Positions 1 through 13,062 of a DNA stretch of 64,000 bases are shown here, one piece after another. This DNA is from Octopus vulgaris. Its lineage: Eukaryota. Below the pieces are notes generated by a model. The model searched no databases and was not told the DNA's origin. It was given only the letters and a program-made list of their open reading frames with translations. A program made the position numbers and the translations under genes. Position 1 is the stretch's first letter. Every line of letters begins with the position of its first letter. Location of the stretch: the NCBI GenBank assembly GCA_951406725.2, contig OX597826.1, forward strand, positions 41,912,001 through 41,976,000, written 5' to 3'.

Positions 1-168
1 AAGGTTAGTAGAAAACACAGACTCCGGTATTTAATCGGTACTTTATTTTAACTAATCTAAAAGGATGAAAGAAGTTAACCCCGGTGGGATTCGAACTCAG
101 GACGTAATGAGTCGAAAAAAATTCATCCAAGCATTTTGTCCGACGCGTTAATGTTTCTGCCAGCTCGC
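1..168 (-). mobile_element. SINE family B (tRNA-head, Meta-like core), diverged copy
   Basis: Matches the copy at 43013-43242 (GGTACTTTATTT..GGATGAAAG..GAACTCAG..CTGCCAGCTCGC). Confidence 0.75.
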
Positions 169-829
169 TGAGAATACGAGCCGATACATTATGTGTAAGC
201 TTGTATACGCGCACGAGTATATTCATTTACAACCACACACACATGCACACACAGATACATTCTCGCACATTAAAAGCGTAATGTGAAATAACTGAGAGTG
301 GCTAGTGGCGTGGAATCGGATAGCAAGAACCAAGAGGAAAACACTAAATAGCAAAGTAAGATAAATTTTTGATTTACTGCTACTATCTTCGCTTCGAGAG
401 AAAAGTAAACGAGTATCAGGCAGTAACTGAAACCGACACCAAATGAGGAAGGGAGATAATCTTAAGCAACAGCTATGAACGTCGTTTCACAACTGCTAAC
501 TCTCAATCTCACCGCATGATAAATTAAGACATTGCCATTTTCTATAATATCGGATTGACCGCATACCTTGTGGGAGAAATATTATAGACGAAGTTGAAAG
601 AAGCCAATTTGTAATTTTGTAATTCAAAAACTTTGTCACCGATTTTGCTTGAGAATTACATTAAGAGCGTTCAGGACCGTGGGAAATTTAGCCACTTTAG
701 TAAGTTCATAAGCAAGTAATTCAGTGTGTCGATCATGGTCGAACGACAGTGATGTACTAAACACAAAGACACACACGCATACTCACAACTATAGCCTATG
801 GGAAAAGGAGATGACCATGGTCAGAAAAT

Positions 830-833
830 CGTG

Positions 834-883
<50 letters not shown>

Positions 884-906
884 TAGATAGATAGATAGAT
901 AGATAT

Positions 907-977
<71 letters not shown>

Positions 978-1110
978 TACATATATACATATATATATAC
1001 ATATATACATATATATATATATACACACACACATGCAGATATACGTATATGTATATATATGTGTACATATGTGTGTGTGTGTTTGTGTTTATGTATGTAT
1101 GTATGGATGG
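830..1110. repeat. Compound (TA)n/(GATA)n/(CA)n microsatellite
   Basis: Direct reading. Confidence 0.95.
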
Positions 1111-1419
1111 ATGGATGTGGATGTATAGCCAGAGAAAAAGAGAGTGAGATTGACTGAGATAACTATAAGCATGTGTATGTATTTCGACTTGCGTGTGAAC
1201 TTATCCGTGTGTGTGTGTGTGTGTGTGTGTGTACTTGTGTATATCTGGATGTGTCTGTGTGTACATATATGCGTCTATATGTTTTCGAGCCATCTACTTT
1301 TAGTAGTAATCTCCTTACAACAAACATATCTCAGCATTGGGTACAACAAACTACCATTATGTGGCTTAAAGTAAAACTTGTTATATTTAAGGTCCCTATT
1401 TTGGCTAATTTCGAAGTAT

Positions 1420-1680
1420 ATTAATCTTTCGACTACCGGGCTGTTAGGTTCCAAAATCCCCCGCGATTGGTGAAAATCCGCGAAGTAGAAACAGCACTGT
1501 ACTGTATACTTCTTAAAATTGTTTTTATAATTTGTGTATATTATATTATTAATGCAAAACAAAACCACGGAAGAATCGACGTAAGCTTAAATAATAAACC
1601 CCGATAGGTGAACCGCGATAGGTGAACAGCGATAGGTGAACCGCGATAGGTGAACCGCGATATGGCGAGGGATTACTGTA
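1420..1680. mobile_element. Tigger/pogo-like MITE with 14-bp subterminal tandem repeats
   Basis: Right end CGAGGGATTACTG-TA is the reverse complement of CAGTAATCCCTCG, a Tigger-type TIR. CCGCGATAGGTGAA occurs about 4 times at 1600-1660. Left TIR is degenerate. Confidence 0.6.
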
Positions 1681-1748
1681 TTCGACTCTCTTCTTTCCTG
1701 TTCAATCATTAGATTGTGGCTATGCTGAAGCCATAATTTTGACGACAT

Positions 1749-2112
1749 TTTAGTCGAATGTATCGACCACAGTATTCGTTCTTTTTTCAAAGCTTGGCAC
1801 TTATTCTATCAGTGTTTTGCGAACCGCTATGTTACGGGGACGTAAAACATCAGCAACGGTTGTCAAGTGATGGTTTGGTGGGTGACAAATAGACACAAAG
1901 ACACACACGCACACACACATACACATATATTCATATACATACGTGCGACCGAGAGGCTACTTTCAGTTTCCGTCTACCAAATGCACTCACAAGGTTTTGG
2001 TTGACCTGAGGATATAGAAGAAAGCACTTGCCCAAGATGTCACGTAGTGAGACTGAACCTTGAACCATGTATTTGGGAAGCAAACTTCTGACCACACTGA
2101 CACGCCTGCGCC
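1749..2112 (-). mobile_element. SINE family A (tRNA-derived, internal CA/TA microsatellite), diverged
   Basis: Homologous to 2194-2598. Confidence 0.85.
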
Positions 2113-2193
2113 AAAAACGTTTATAAATAAAAAATTCAGACTGCATAGTTTCAGTTTTACCTTCTTTCGAAATAACTAGAAAATACAAAGCAA

Positions 2194-2598
2194 TACTCTT
2201 TCTTTCTTTTACTTGTTTCTGTCATTTGACTGCGGCCATACTGGAGCACCGCCTTTAATCGAGCAACTCGACCCTGGGACTTATTCTTTTGTAAGCCCAG
2301 TACTTATTCTATCGGTCTCTTTTGCCGAACCGCTAAGTTACGGGGACATAAACACACCAGCATCGGTTGCCAAGCAATGCTAGGGGGACAAACACAGACA
2401 CACAAACACACACACGCATATATATATATATATATATATACGACGGGCTTCTTTCAGTTTCCGTCTACCAAATCCACTCACAAGGCTTTGGTCGGCCCGA
2501 GGCTATAGTAGAAGACACTTGCCCAAGGTGCCACGCAGTGGGACTGAACCCGGAACTATGTGGTTGGTTAGCAAGCTACTTACCACACAGCCACGCCT
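2194..2598 (-). mobile_element. SINE family A, full length
   Basis: Minus strand has A box TGGCTGTGTGG, B box GGTTCAGTCCC, CORE-like CCTTGGGCAAGT, a central (TA/TG)n and an AAAGAGTA-type tail. More than 10 copies in the window. Confidence 0.9.
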
Positions 2599-2624
2599 GG
2601 TTTAAAATTTTCGCAAAAAGCCAA

Positions 2625-2810
2625 CTGTTTAGAGGGAGTGTGTAAGTCGATTACGTTGGCCCTAGTACTCAACGGGTACTTATTTTATCCACCCACCGGA
2701 AGGATGAAAGGCAATTCGGCCGCGACGGCATTTGTACTTAGAACGTAAAGACAGGCGAAATGCCGCCAGGTATTTCGCCCGCCGTGCTAACGATTCTGCC
2801 AGTTCGTCTC
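2625..2810 (-). mobile_element. SINE family B copy
   Basis: AAGTCGATTAC..GGTACTTATTTTATC..GGATGAAAGGCAA..CTAACGATTCTGCCAG. Confidence 0.8.
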
Positions 2811-3012
2811 CAATACAATGTCTTTATATTGCCACTAAAAATAGAACAAAAATAATCCTTCCCACATACCTCCTGTAGATTCACTGACACGCACAAATAA
2901 GTATATAGATGTAACCCACCAGCGAATTCAGTAGATATACTAGAAATAGCAGTTAAATCTAAAAAATTTACGAAAGGAAAGGCACATTAAATAATGTGTA
3001 GATAAAAGAAAT

Positions 3013-3398
3013 TGGAGGCGCAATGGCCCAGTGGTTAGGGCAGCGGACTCGCGGTCATAGGATCGCGGTTTCGATTCCCAGACCGGGCGTTGTGAGTGTT
3101 TATTGAGCGAAAACACCTAAAGCTCCACGACGCTCCGGCAAGGGATGGTGGTGATCCCTGCTGTACTCTTTCACCACAACTTTCTCTCACTCTTACTTCC
3201 TGTTTCAGTTGTACCTGTATTTCAAAGGGCCGGCCTTGTCACTCTCTGTGTCACGCTGAATATCTCCGAGAACTACGTTAAGGGCACACGTGTCTGTGGA
3301 GTGCTCAGCCACTTACACGTTAATTTCACGAGCAGGCTGTTCCGTTGATTCGGATCAACCGGAACCCTCGTCATTGTAACAGACGGAGTGCTTCCACC
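3013..3398 (+). mobile_element. SINE family C (tRNA-derived), full length with 12-bp TSD
   Basis: A box TGGCCCAGTGG, B box GTTTCGATTCC. AGATAAAAGAAA is duplicated at 3000-3011 and 3399-3410. Homologs at 9598 and 55933. Confidence 0.9.
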
Positions 3399-3563
3399 AG
3401 ATAAAAGAAAGATGTGATAGAAACTCGGTTGGCTATAGGTTTGAGGTCATGGCTATACATTGAGAAACAGCAACTTGTTATCATGAAGAGCATATTGACC
3501 ATAGATTTATTGGGGAACACAGTGTATTACGACGAATGGAAACAGTACTTCCAAACTGGTTAA

Positions 3564-3947
3564 TCTCTCTATATATAAACGGCAGTTTGTCTGTCTGCGT
3601 GTCTGTGTGTCTGTTAGGTTGTACCCTCACCTTGACCACGGCTTTCAACCGATTCTGATGAAACTTGACACACACATAGCCCAATGTCATAATTCAAAAC
3701 TAACGCAGCGAAAATTTTGAAAAGTTCCCCCAGTTCTGAAAAAAATCGATAAATTCGACATGGGGTCGAGAATCAGAAATACAAACCACAGACTGTCTAG
3801 GGGACACAACTCGACCTTTTTAACTCTCAAAAAAATTTACCATCATTTTTTTTTCCATTTTTTTGCTATTTTTTGGCTATAACTCTCTAAAAACGCTTTA
3901 TAGTTATTTCCCTTACAAACCCGAGCAATGCCGGGCGATACTGCTAG
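3564..3947 (+). mobile_element. Non-autonomous Helitron
   Basis: 5' TC after A, 3' hairpin CCCGAGCAATGCCGGG followed by CTAG|T, no TSD. 3' part shared with 18117-18406. Confidence 0.8.
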
Positions 3948-4439
3948 TTCTATCATAAATGGAGCTAATTTCTGTCTTGCGATTCAACACTGGTGAAACT
4001 TTGAAATCAGAGTTATTGTGCATTTCGTTTGATTAAAATATCTACACTCAACACTGATATAGAAGCTTTATCACCATATCTTACTATCTATATTTAATGA
4101 TTCCAAGAACTATCGTCACACAAATTTATAATCGCACTAAAATTTTATAATGATTTTCTTTTTCATACGTTATTATTGGTGAAGGAAAAGGGAACTTTTA
4201 TGTCTAAAAGGTCACTCACTTGCTGGAAATAACTTTCAAATCAGATGCTACAATCTTTTAAACACTGGCAGAACACATTGGATAATTTAGTCCTAAATAT
4301 ACCGTATAAACCAAATATACTAAGACAAGACGGTCACATCTGGAACCCTTTTGAACATAGACACCAATGCACGATTAAAACTAGGTAACTTGAGCTAAAA
4401 TAAAGCACTCGCATACACAGGTTCATACACACGCGTATT

Positions 4440-4478
<39 letters not shown>

Positions 4479-5261
4479 ATAAAAAAGCATTGTTTTTACA
4501 CGAAGTGTTTAAATATGTTTAAAAATTTGAAGAACGTTGTGCTTAGTATAAACAAAAGAGACCCCCATTTTACACACGCACACATACACACTCACGCGTA
4601 TATATATGTATATGAATGTTTGTATATGTATGCTATACATAAACAAATAAATATTTTATATTGCGTAACCTTAAATAAATAACATATCTGTGGGTCATCC
4701 AGTTCGTTGTTATTAAATGTTCTTGACTTCAATACAATTAGTAAATATTTTTATATACACTGACGATGGTTTTGCTGAAACGATCTAACACCATATTAAA
4801 TGCTACATGCCTCTAAGTGATAACGATATAAAATTTCGCTTTTCTTTCTGCTGGAAAGGGGAAGGGAGTCAATAAAATGACTGCCAGCAGTTGACCGGGA
4901 TCGTTTTAATAGGCCATACGTCCATTTATTCTTCTACATATAATGTGTGGTCTTTTGTCAATCTAAGAAATTCATATTACCAGCATCACGCCCGCCCAGA
5001 GAAATTGTAGAGATATGGAAATGCTAGTACGTCAATATAATAGCTTCTATTAGTTAATTTCGTCTCCCAAAGTTCTGAGTATAGTTACTACAACGACTGC
5101 CTTTACATTTAATTCCTTTGGGGGCAACGATATATAATAACAATTTTATTAGGTCAAGTCGATCCTTCTTTTGGGACACCGGAAACATTTTTACCAATAT
5201 TAAAATCCTTTTTGATCTTGGTTTTTCTGTTGGTCTGCAATAGAACTAAATATTGGTGTAG

Positions 5262-5329
<68 letters not shown>

Positions 5330-5359
5330 TATATTATATTATATTATATTATATTATAT

Positions 5360-5392
<33 letters not shown>

Positions 5393-5612
5393 ATTTATAT
5401 ATATTATATATATATATCATATATACACAAATATATAATATATACATACATATATATATAATATATATATACATATATAATATATATACATATATATATA
5501 ATATAAACATATATAACATATGTATTATATATATATGTATATTATATATACATATATATATATATGTTTATTTAGTTTATTTAGTTCGTCCAGGATTGCC
5601 TTTCTCAGTTAC

Positions 5613-5661
5613 ATCTCATTGACAAGAGTAAAAAAAAACTCAAAACATTGATGTCTGAGAT
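5613..5661 (+). ncRNA. Decayed type I hammerhead ribozyme
   Basis: Stem I ATCTCA/TGAGAT, core TTGACAA (vs CTGACGA), stem II GAGT/ACTC, AAAA (vs GAAA), stem III ACATTGATGT, GTC site. Confidence 0.7.
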
Positions 5662-5757
5662 TCCTAACAGATGGTGACACTAAACGAACTGGTGTTTCCA
5701 CACCTTTTATCATAAGAGATATTTTTTGCCCGCGGTAATTGCAGTGTATTTGCCTTA

Positions 5758-5831
<74 letters not shown>

Positions 5832-5836
5832 TAATT

Positions 5837-6194
5837 GTGAATGGAAGAAATGGAGTTGAACGAAGATTGTACAGAATTCCTTTTATTACATTCTACACAT
5901 GTTTCAAAGGCCACAATTTTCCAAATTCTGATTAAATAAGGATACCATATTGCAGCTTTCTCTTCAGGAAAAACCAGGAATTACGTTGTCAGAACAAAAC
6001 AAAACAGAGGCGCAGCAAAGCCTCTGTTTTGTTTTGTTCTGACAACGTAATTCCTGGTTTTTCCTGAAGAGAAAGCTGCAATATGGTATCCTTATTTAAT
6101 CAGAATTTGGAAAATTGTGGCCTTTGAAACATGTGTAGAATGTAATAAAAGGAATTCTGTACAATCTTCGTTCAACTCCATTTCTTCCATTCAC
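5837..6194. repeat. 175-bp inverted repeat (8-nt loop) next to (TA)n; Penelope-like foldback
   Basis: 5837-6011 reads as the reverse complement of 6020-6194; loop GCAGCAAA. Confidence 0.95.
6059..6142 (+). ncRNA. Type I hammerhead ribozyme motif (mirror copy on - strand at about 5889-5972)
   Basis: TTC-CTGAAGA(6064)-GAAAGCTGCAAT..ATTGTGGCCTTT-GAAA(6126)-CATGTGTA-GAA; GUA site at 6135-6137. Confidence 0.65.
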
Positions 6195-6371
6195 TAATTA
6201 TATTAAACTTCAATTATCCGCACCAACGCACGGTTGCAACTCCATATGGTCTTATCTCCAACCGTGTTTTTTCTGCTGTGATTTTTGCTACCAGGTATCG
6301 GTTAAACTTTTGAATAATCCGTAACAAGATAATTCATCTTTCCATTTCAACAAACATATATATATATATAT

Positions 6372-6650
6372 AATTTCGAATGAAATAATTCGTGACCGGA
6401 GTTGAGTGAGCGATGTGATCGTAGAGTACCGGAAACAAAATTTCTGCAAGGCCGGACATGTCACAAGATTCACAGACAACAGGTGGGCCCGCGCAGTTGT
6501 CGAGTGGCATATAACGGATCGGAAAAGGCAACTTGGAAGACCTCCATGACGATGGGAAGACGATCTGGTTGAACAATTTGGGTCAGATAGAATATAAAGG
6601 CGCATTTAAGAGAGAATAGGAAACGCATTGTGACCAACGGTGTATAACAG
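6372..6650 (+). pseudogene. RTE-clade LINE ORF C-terminal relic
   Basis: Translates AGHVTRFTDNRWARAVVEW..RKRQLGRPP*RWEDD, the RTE-type GH.R..W/GRP..RW motif, with stops. Confidence 0.8.
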
Positions 6651-6734
6651 CATGTGATAGTCTGATCGATATTGTGATACTGTTAGATGTGTGTGTGTGT
6701 CTGTGTGTGCATGTGTGTGTGTGTGTGTCTGTGT

Positions 6735-6783
<49 letters not shown>

Positions 6784-7244
6784 GCTATGTTTGTGTATAT
6801 ATGTGTCTAAAAATTAGCAGACCCTTCATCACCACCATCGTCACAACATCATCCTTAATAACAACAAAATGATATGAAGAAACAAAAATACTATCCAGGA
6901 ACAAAAAGGGGTCAACCCAAATTTTAATTACGGCAATAGCACCATGACTAGTAGCAGCACCACCACCATCGCCACCACCGCAACCACTATCAACACTAAA
7001 ATCCCCATCACCTTCACCACTAACATCACTACCGCAACAACAACAACAACAACAACAACAACAGCAAATGGTTAAAATATTCATTTTGGAACAATAGACA
7101 TAACCATCACCATCATCTTTATCAGAATTATAACCACTAAAATCGCGAAAAACCGCCGTCGTCACCACCACCACTACCACTATTACATTATAAGTGTACT
7201 ACTACTACCGCTACTACCTGAGATTGTTCATGGTGGTTTGCTCA

Positions 7245-7550
<306 letters not shown>

Positions 7551-7843
7551 AAAGCCTGTAATCTAAAACAATATGTTGCTGGAAGGGAAATGTGATAACC
7601 AGTAATGTAGGAAGACAAGTGGGGAGGAAATACATACTTTGAAATGTAAGACAACAATAAAAAATCTATGGAGAGAAGACAAGTAAATAAATATACATAT
7701 GTAAAAATCTGAAAGAGAAATAAACAAGCAAACAAATGAACACATGAAACAGCAATAAAATAAAATAAAATAAAATAAACCAATAGTAAAACTGAAAATA
7801 AAAGAACAAGGAAAACACGATTCATACGTACATACATACGTAC

Positions 7844-7880
<37 letters not shown>

Positions 7881-8160
7881 CATACACAACACAAAGTAAA
7901 TTTCTACTTTTTGTTATAGTCTTATTGTTCTTTTTCACTCCTTTATCTACTTGAAAAGTGTTGATAAAAATAGCCTGGCTATATAAATGTGGATCTTGCC
8001 TTCCGTGCACTTCATTGCAGCGTGGGCCTGACTACAGAACAGATCATGAGCGAGAAAATTCTTTGACCGTTGCTGAGAAATTGGTTCGGAAGTTTCCAGA
8101 ATCAGTTCGTTTGTTCTAATTTTGTTCGTTTTAGTTTATTGATGATTTGGTATTGTTAAT

Positions 8161-8576
8161 TACTCTTTACTCTCTTTACTCTTTTACTTGTTTCAGTCAT
8201 TTGACTGCGGCCATGCTGGAGCACCACCTTTAGTCGAGCAAATCGACCCCGGGACTTATTCTTTGTAAGCCCAGTACTTATTCTATCGGTCTCTTTTGCC
8301 GAACCGCTATGTGACGGGGACGTAAACACAACAGCATCGGTTGTCAAGCAATGCTAGGGGGACAAACACAGACACACAAACATATACACACACACTCACA
8401 TATATATACATATATACGACAGGCTTCTTTCAGTTTCCGTCTACCAAATCCACTCACAAGGCATTGGTCGGCCCGGGGCTATAGCAGAAGACACTTGCCC
8501 AAGATGCCACGCAGTGGGACTGAACCCGGAACCATGTGGTTGGTTAGCAAGCTACTTACTACACAGCCACTCCTGC
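8161..8576 (-). mobile_element. SINE family A, full length
   Basis: Near-identical to 36626-37025 and 57380-57816. Confidence 0.9.
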
Positions 8577-8740
8577 TGAAATATTAATGACATAATTTTT
8601 TTTTTTTGCTTTAATAAATGAAACATGAATGTTTAGTGAGAAGCTGTTGTCACTTCGAGAGATGAATGGGTAACAATAGACCAACAAACAAGCCTCCAAC
8701 GACAGAACAGGTCAACCGGCTGAAACCAGAACTCGAACTC

Positions 8741-8770
<30 letters not shown>

Positions 8771-8773
<3 letters not shown>

Positions 8774-8999
8774 CTTTATTGCGCACAAGGGGCTAAACAT
8801 AGAGGGGACAAACAAGGACAGACAAAAGGATTAAGTCGATTACATCGACTCCCCAGTGCGAAATTGGTACTTTATTTATCGACCCCGAAAGGATGAAAGG
8901 TAAAGTCGACCTCCGCGGAATTTGAACTCAGAACGTAACGACAGACGAAATACTGCTAAGCATTTCGCCCGGCGCGCTAACGAGTCTGCCAGCACGCCT
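8771..8999 (-). mobile_element. SINE family B, full length
   Basis: Matches 43013-43242, including the TTGTTTGTCCCCTCT..TTTAGCCCCTTGTG tail. Confidence 0.9.
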
Positions 9000-9002
9000 T
9001 AT

Positions 9003-9166
<164 letters not shown>

Positions 9167-9597
9167 ATATATATATATTATATATTATTATATATAACCC
9201 GGTTATCGACATATACCGGGTTCAAGATTTAAATTAAATTTGACTAGAATTAAAAATTAAACAAATAACTCCTTAACGTTTCCGAGTGAAAGTGGAACAA
9301 AAGTCTTTCCATTGTATAAATAACCCCAAGCAAATAAACATGGTGAGAAAGAAGGCTAAATGAACCCAAAACCTGTACCGTGATCGTTTGACCCAAGTAG
9401 CTACCAAGTCTCCCTCAGATCATTGATTTTATAAATAAATATGATCGACAATCTGGATGATAATGTTGTAAATACACTATATCCGATAATTAAATAAAAA
9501 AAAAAGGAGAGAATCGTTGGAAATATATTTCATAATATATAATCTGCTGGATGGAATCTGAGCGGCAACTAAAATAGGACGCAACAACAGCGACAGT

Positions 9598-9760
9598 GGA
9601 GGGACAATGGCCCAGTGTTTAGGGCAGCGGACTCGCGGCCGTAAGAACGCGGTTTCGATTCCCAGACCGGGCATTGTGAGTGTTTATTGAGAAAAAACAC
9701 CTAAGCTCCACGAGGCTCCGGCGGGGATGGGTGGTGAACCCCGCTGAACTTTCTCACATT
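9598..9760 (+). mobile_element. SINE family C 5' portion
   Basis: GGAGGGACAATGGCCCAGTG..GGACTCGCGG..GTTTCGATTCCCAGACCGGGC, as at 3013. Confidence 0.85.
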
Positions 9761-10471
9761 CTTTCTTACTACTTCTCCCACAAAGCAGAGGAACCATGGT
9801 GTAACCCACTATGGTGTGGTAAACTTTCAGACCCTAGTCCAAATTGCGAATCCTCTGTACCCTAGGATGGTTCAGCTCTCCACCCGTTAAAAGCCACCGT
9901 TTACGGAATGAGGATAACAACGTAGCGTTCGCACCCGTGTAACCGCCAGTCTATCGCATGTGGTGGGTGGATCTTCAAATTGCCACACGCATTCTTAGTA
10001 GCTTAGAGTAGGCTCGAATTAGAGATTATTCTTTGTGGCTAATGGCGTGAGTCCTGATTGGAAGAAGAAGAAGAAGACAACAGCAACACACACACACACA
10101 CACACACCTATATAGAAAGTATTATTATTTTACAGAATGTACTTGAGTAGGTGGCGGATGTGCAAGGTCATTAGAGCGTAACAGTGTTTCTCTGTTCAAA
10201 TCTCGTTGAGGTCAAACTTTTCCTTCCGTTCTTCAAATTCAATAACTAAAATACCTATCAGTGCACTGTGAGGCCTGTAATATTTCCTTTCTCCTCCTCT
10301 AAGAATGAGTTACGTTGTCCAACTTCCGTCCAGTTGTGGGCTTCTAATGACAGTCGAACTAATTTACCGCCTGCAAAACATTTGTCCCTCACTTCCTCGA
10401 AACGATCCTGCGTTCGACTGAGAAAACACTAAGAATCCCCACTTCCCATATATGTATGTATACACACACAT

Positions 10472-10562
<91 letters not shown>

Positions 10563-10596
10563 TATATATATACATATATATAAGTATATATATATA

Positions 10597-10644
<48 letters not shown>

Positions 10645-10709
10645 TATGCATATATATATATACATATATATATATATATGTGTGTGTGTGTGTATGTATG
10701 TATATGTAC

Positions 10710-10744
<35 letters not shown>

Positions 10745-10989
10745 TACATATATATACATATATACATACATATATACATATATATACATATATATATATA
10801 TCCGAAAAGAAGAACAATTTAACATCATCGGTAACCACTAGGCCGCAGGTTTTATGTCGGGGTTATCTCTGTTACCTGAGTTGCCTTCTCCTAGAAGGAT
10901 GCCCTAACAAAGGCTAGGAGTCCTTCACTCCCAATGGTTTAACCGTGTGATTGGGTATTCAGTCCGATTATTTCTATGTCCCCGCACAT

Positions 10990-11315
10990 GATACAACCAT
11001 AAGCTGGATAAGATTGATATAAGGAGACAAAAGCTGGACTCAAGAGTCGTCTTCGTAGTCATAAAGCGAGACAGATGAGTAACAGCCTGGCCACTGGTGG
11101 TGGTGTAACACACCATACTAATCATATCTGTTGGGCATGTGGAAGAAAATGTAATTCGGCGGGAGGACTTAAACGACATGCAAAGGTACATGAAGCCCAG
11201 TTACAACTACAGCCAGCCGGCTATTGCCGGTAAAGGTTTTAGCTGCCAATTCTGTACAAGACATTGTAGATCTTTAGCTGGGCTAAAAAGTCACATTCGA
11301 TCACAGCACCAATAA
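10990..11315 (+). pseudogene. RTE-type LINE 3' end (terminal Cys/His motif)
   Basis: Translates FSCQFCTRHCRSLAGLKSHIRSQHQ*. Confidence 0.7.
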
Positions 11316-11329
11316 CAGTTAAGCTGTGT

Positions 11330-11612
11330 GGGCGGATTTCGTACACGGAAACTGAATGAAGCCTGTCGTACACACACACATGCTCATATACATTTATATA
11401 CACGCGCGCACGTGTGTGTGTGCTCTCCCCACCGCTTGGGAAGCGGTGTTAGTGTGTTTACATCTTTATATTCTAGTGCTGCAAAAGAGATCGATAGAAT
11501 AAGTACCAGGCTTAGAAGAAATTAAATACTGGGGTCGATGTGTTCGACTAAAATTCAAGGCGGTGCCCCAGCATGGGCGCAGACTAATGACTGAAACAAG
11601 TAAAAGATAAAA
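11330..11612 (+). mobile_element. SINE family A, 5'-truncated and diverged
   Basis: GGAAACTGAATGAAGCCTGTCG..GATAGAATAAGTACCAGGC..GACTGAAACAAGTAAAAG. Confidence 0.8.
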
Positions 11613-12854
11613 ATATTATTAAAAGCCTTATGTGTTTAGATGGAAGGAATTTTCCTTTTTATTGAAGGGAGATTTTTTTATCTCTAGTATATTTAACCAC
11701 CATACGGAGGCTTTCCTTCTCGACTTGAAGTAAAATGTGTTACTAGGATATGCCATAATAGTAAAAATAGAAAAGAAATTCTATAAAAGTTAAGGCTGAC
11801 ATTAAAACTGTACAAGGACTGCGATATTACTGTAGAAGATCATTAAAACTATGAAGTAGTTTCGCCATCCTCTACACGTATTTGTCTTTGAAATATATAT
11901 CTTGTAGATTAGTATTTCTTTAAGAATGATGACTGTGCACTAATAAATGATAAAATAGGAATAAAATAATAATATAGAAAGCTAAAAGAAGAAACTTATA
12001 CTAGGATGGTTTATAGAGCAATTAACTTCACTGCGCAGTTCTATTGGACGAATCCAATTTCTCAAATGAAACAAACCTACACGTTTACTGCATGAATCAG
12101 TGCAACTAAAAGTTATTTTTTTCCCCTGCTAATTATAGGTAAATTACTCAGCCTCAGTTTCGAATTAGAAAGCTTAAAAATTAAAAATTGTAAGTGGAGT
12201 GAGAATTATACATACATAGAAATGGATAGAAATGTCCACCTATTTTATTGATAATCTTTGATCCAGTAACAATTCGTCTCTACACTGTCTGTGGCCAAGA
12301 CATTTAACTCCCACATCCATCCAACTGTAAAAAGAATAAAATCTGCAGTGCATTTCCGGAGAATCTACAGATCAAACACTGCAGATATTGAGGAGGACTT
12401 AGTTAGTGTGGAGAGTGGAGTTTGAGTCATCCTATACATATTTTGAGAGGGATTTGCTTCTAACTTGTTTTAAATTCTAACTCATCCAGATGAAGTGATT
12501 AAAGATTTAAATCCAGTTCTCTTTAGTGTCTGTGTGTGTGTGTGTTTCATTATTGATTTAGTCAGGTCGAAGGACATGTCTTCATAGCCTTCGTAGGTTT
12601 CCCCTAGACCCGTGAGATTAACGTGCTTGAGATTTCTCGCAGTGTCCGGGAAGGAAAAATAAAAAGAATGGATGGAGTAGTTAATATGGGGTGTAAGAGT
12701 TGATTAATTATACAGGTGACTCGAAGAGGAGAAACAAGTGTGTCGGTTGTGCCTTGGTAGACGTGACAGGAGAACAGCAAACTTCTGCAGAGCAAAGGCC
12801 AGTTTAGTAGTCGTAGCAAAGGTAAGGACAAGACACAGCATGCTTAAGATATAT

Positions 12855-13062
12855 TGGTTTCAAATTTTGGGACAAGTCTAGCAATTTCGGGAAAAGGATA
12901 AGTCGATTCCATCGACTCCAGTGTTCAACTTATTTTATCGACCCCGGAAGGGATGACAGGCAAAGCCAATCTGAGCGGGATTTGAACTCAAAATGTAAAG
13001 ACGGATGAAATGCCGCTAAGCATTTTGCCCGGCGCGCTAACGATTCTGCCAGCTCCCTGCCT
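12855..13062 (-). mobile_element. SINE family B copy
   Basis: AAGTCGATT..TTTATCGACCCC..GCTAACGATTCTGCCAGCTC. Confidence 0.85.

Noticed and set aside
1600-1662. Regular 14-bp repeats resembling CRISPR or iterons
   Set aside because: No spacers; subterminal repeats of a eukaryotic MITE
3655-3666. CTGATGAAAC
   Set aside because: No stem II or III; lies inside a Helitron
4760-4787. CTGACGA-TGGTTTTGCT-GAAAC-GATCTA hammerhead-like core
   Set aside because: Stems I and III do not pair; at best a decayed relic
9270-9315. Minus-strand GGAAACGTTA, a hammerhead-like 3' half next to (TA)n
   Set aside because: No CUGANGA upstream
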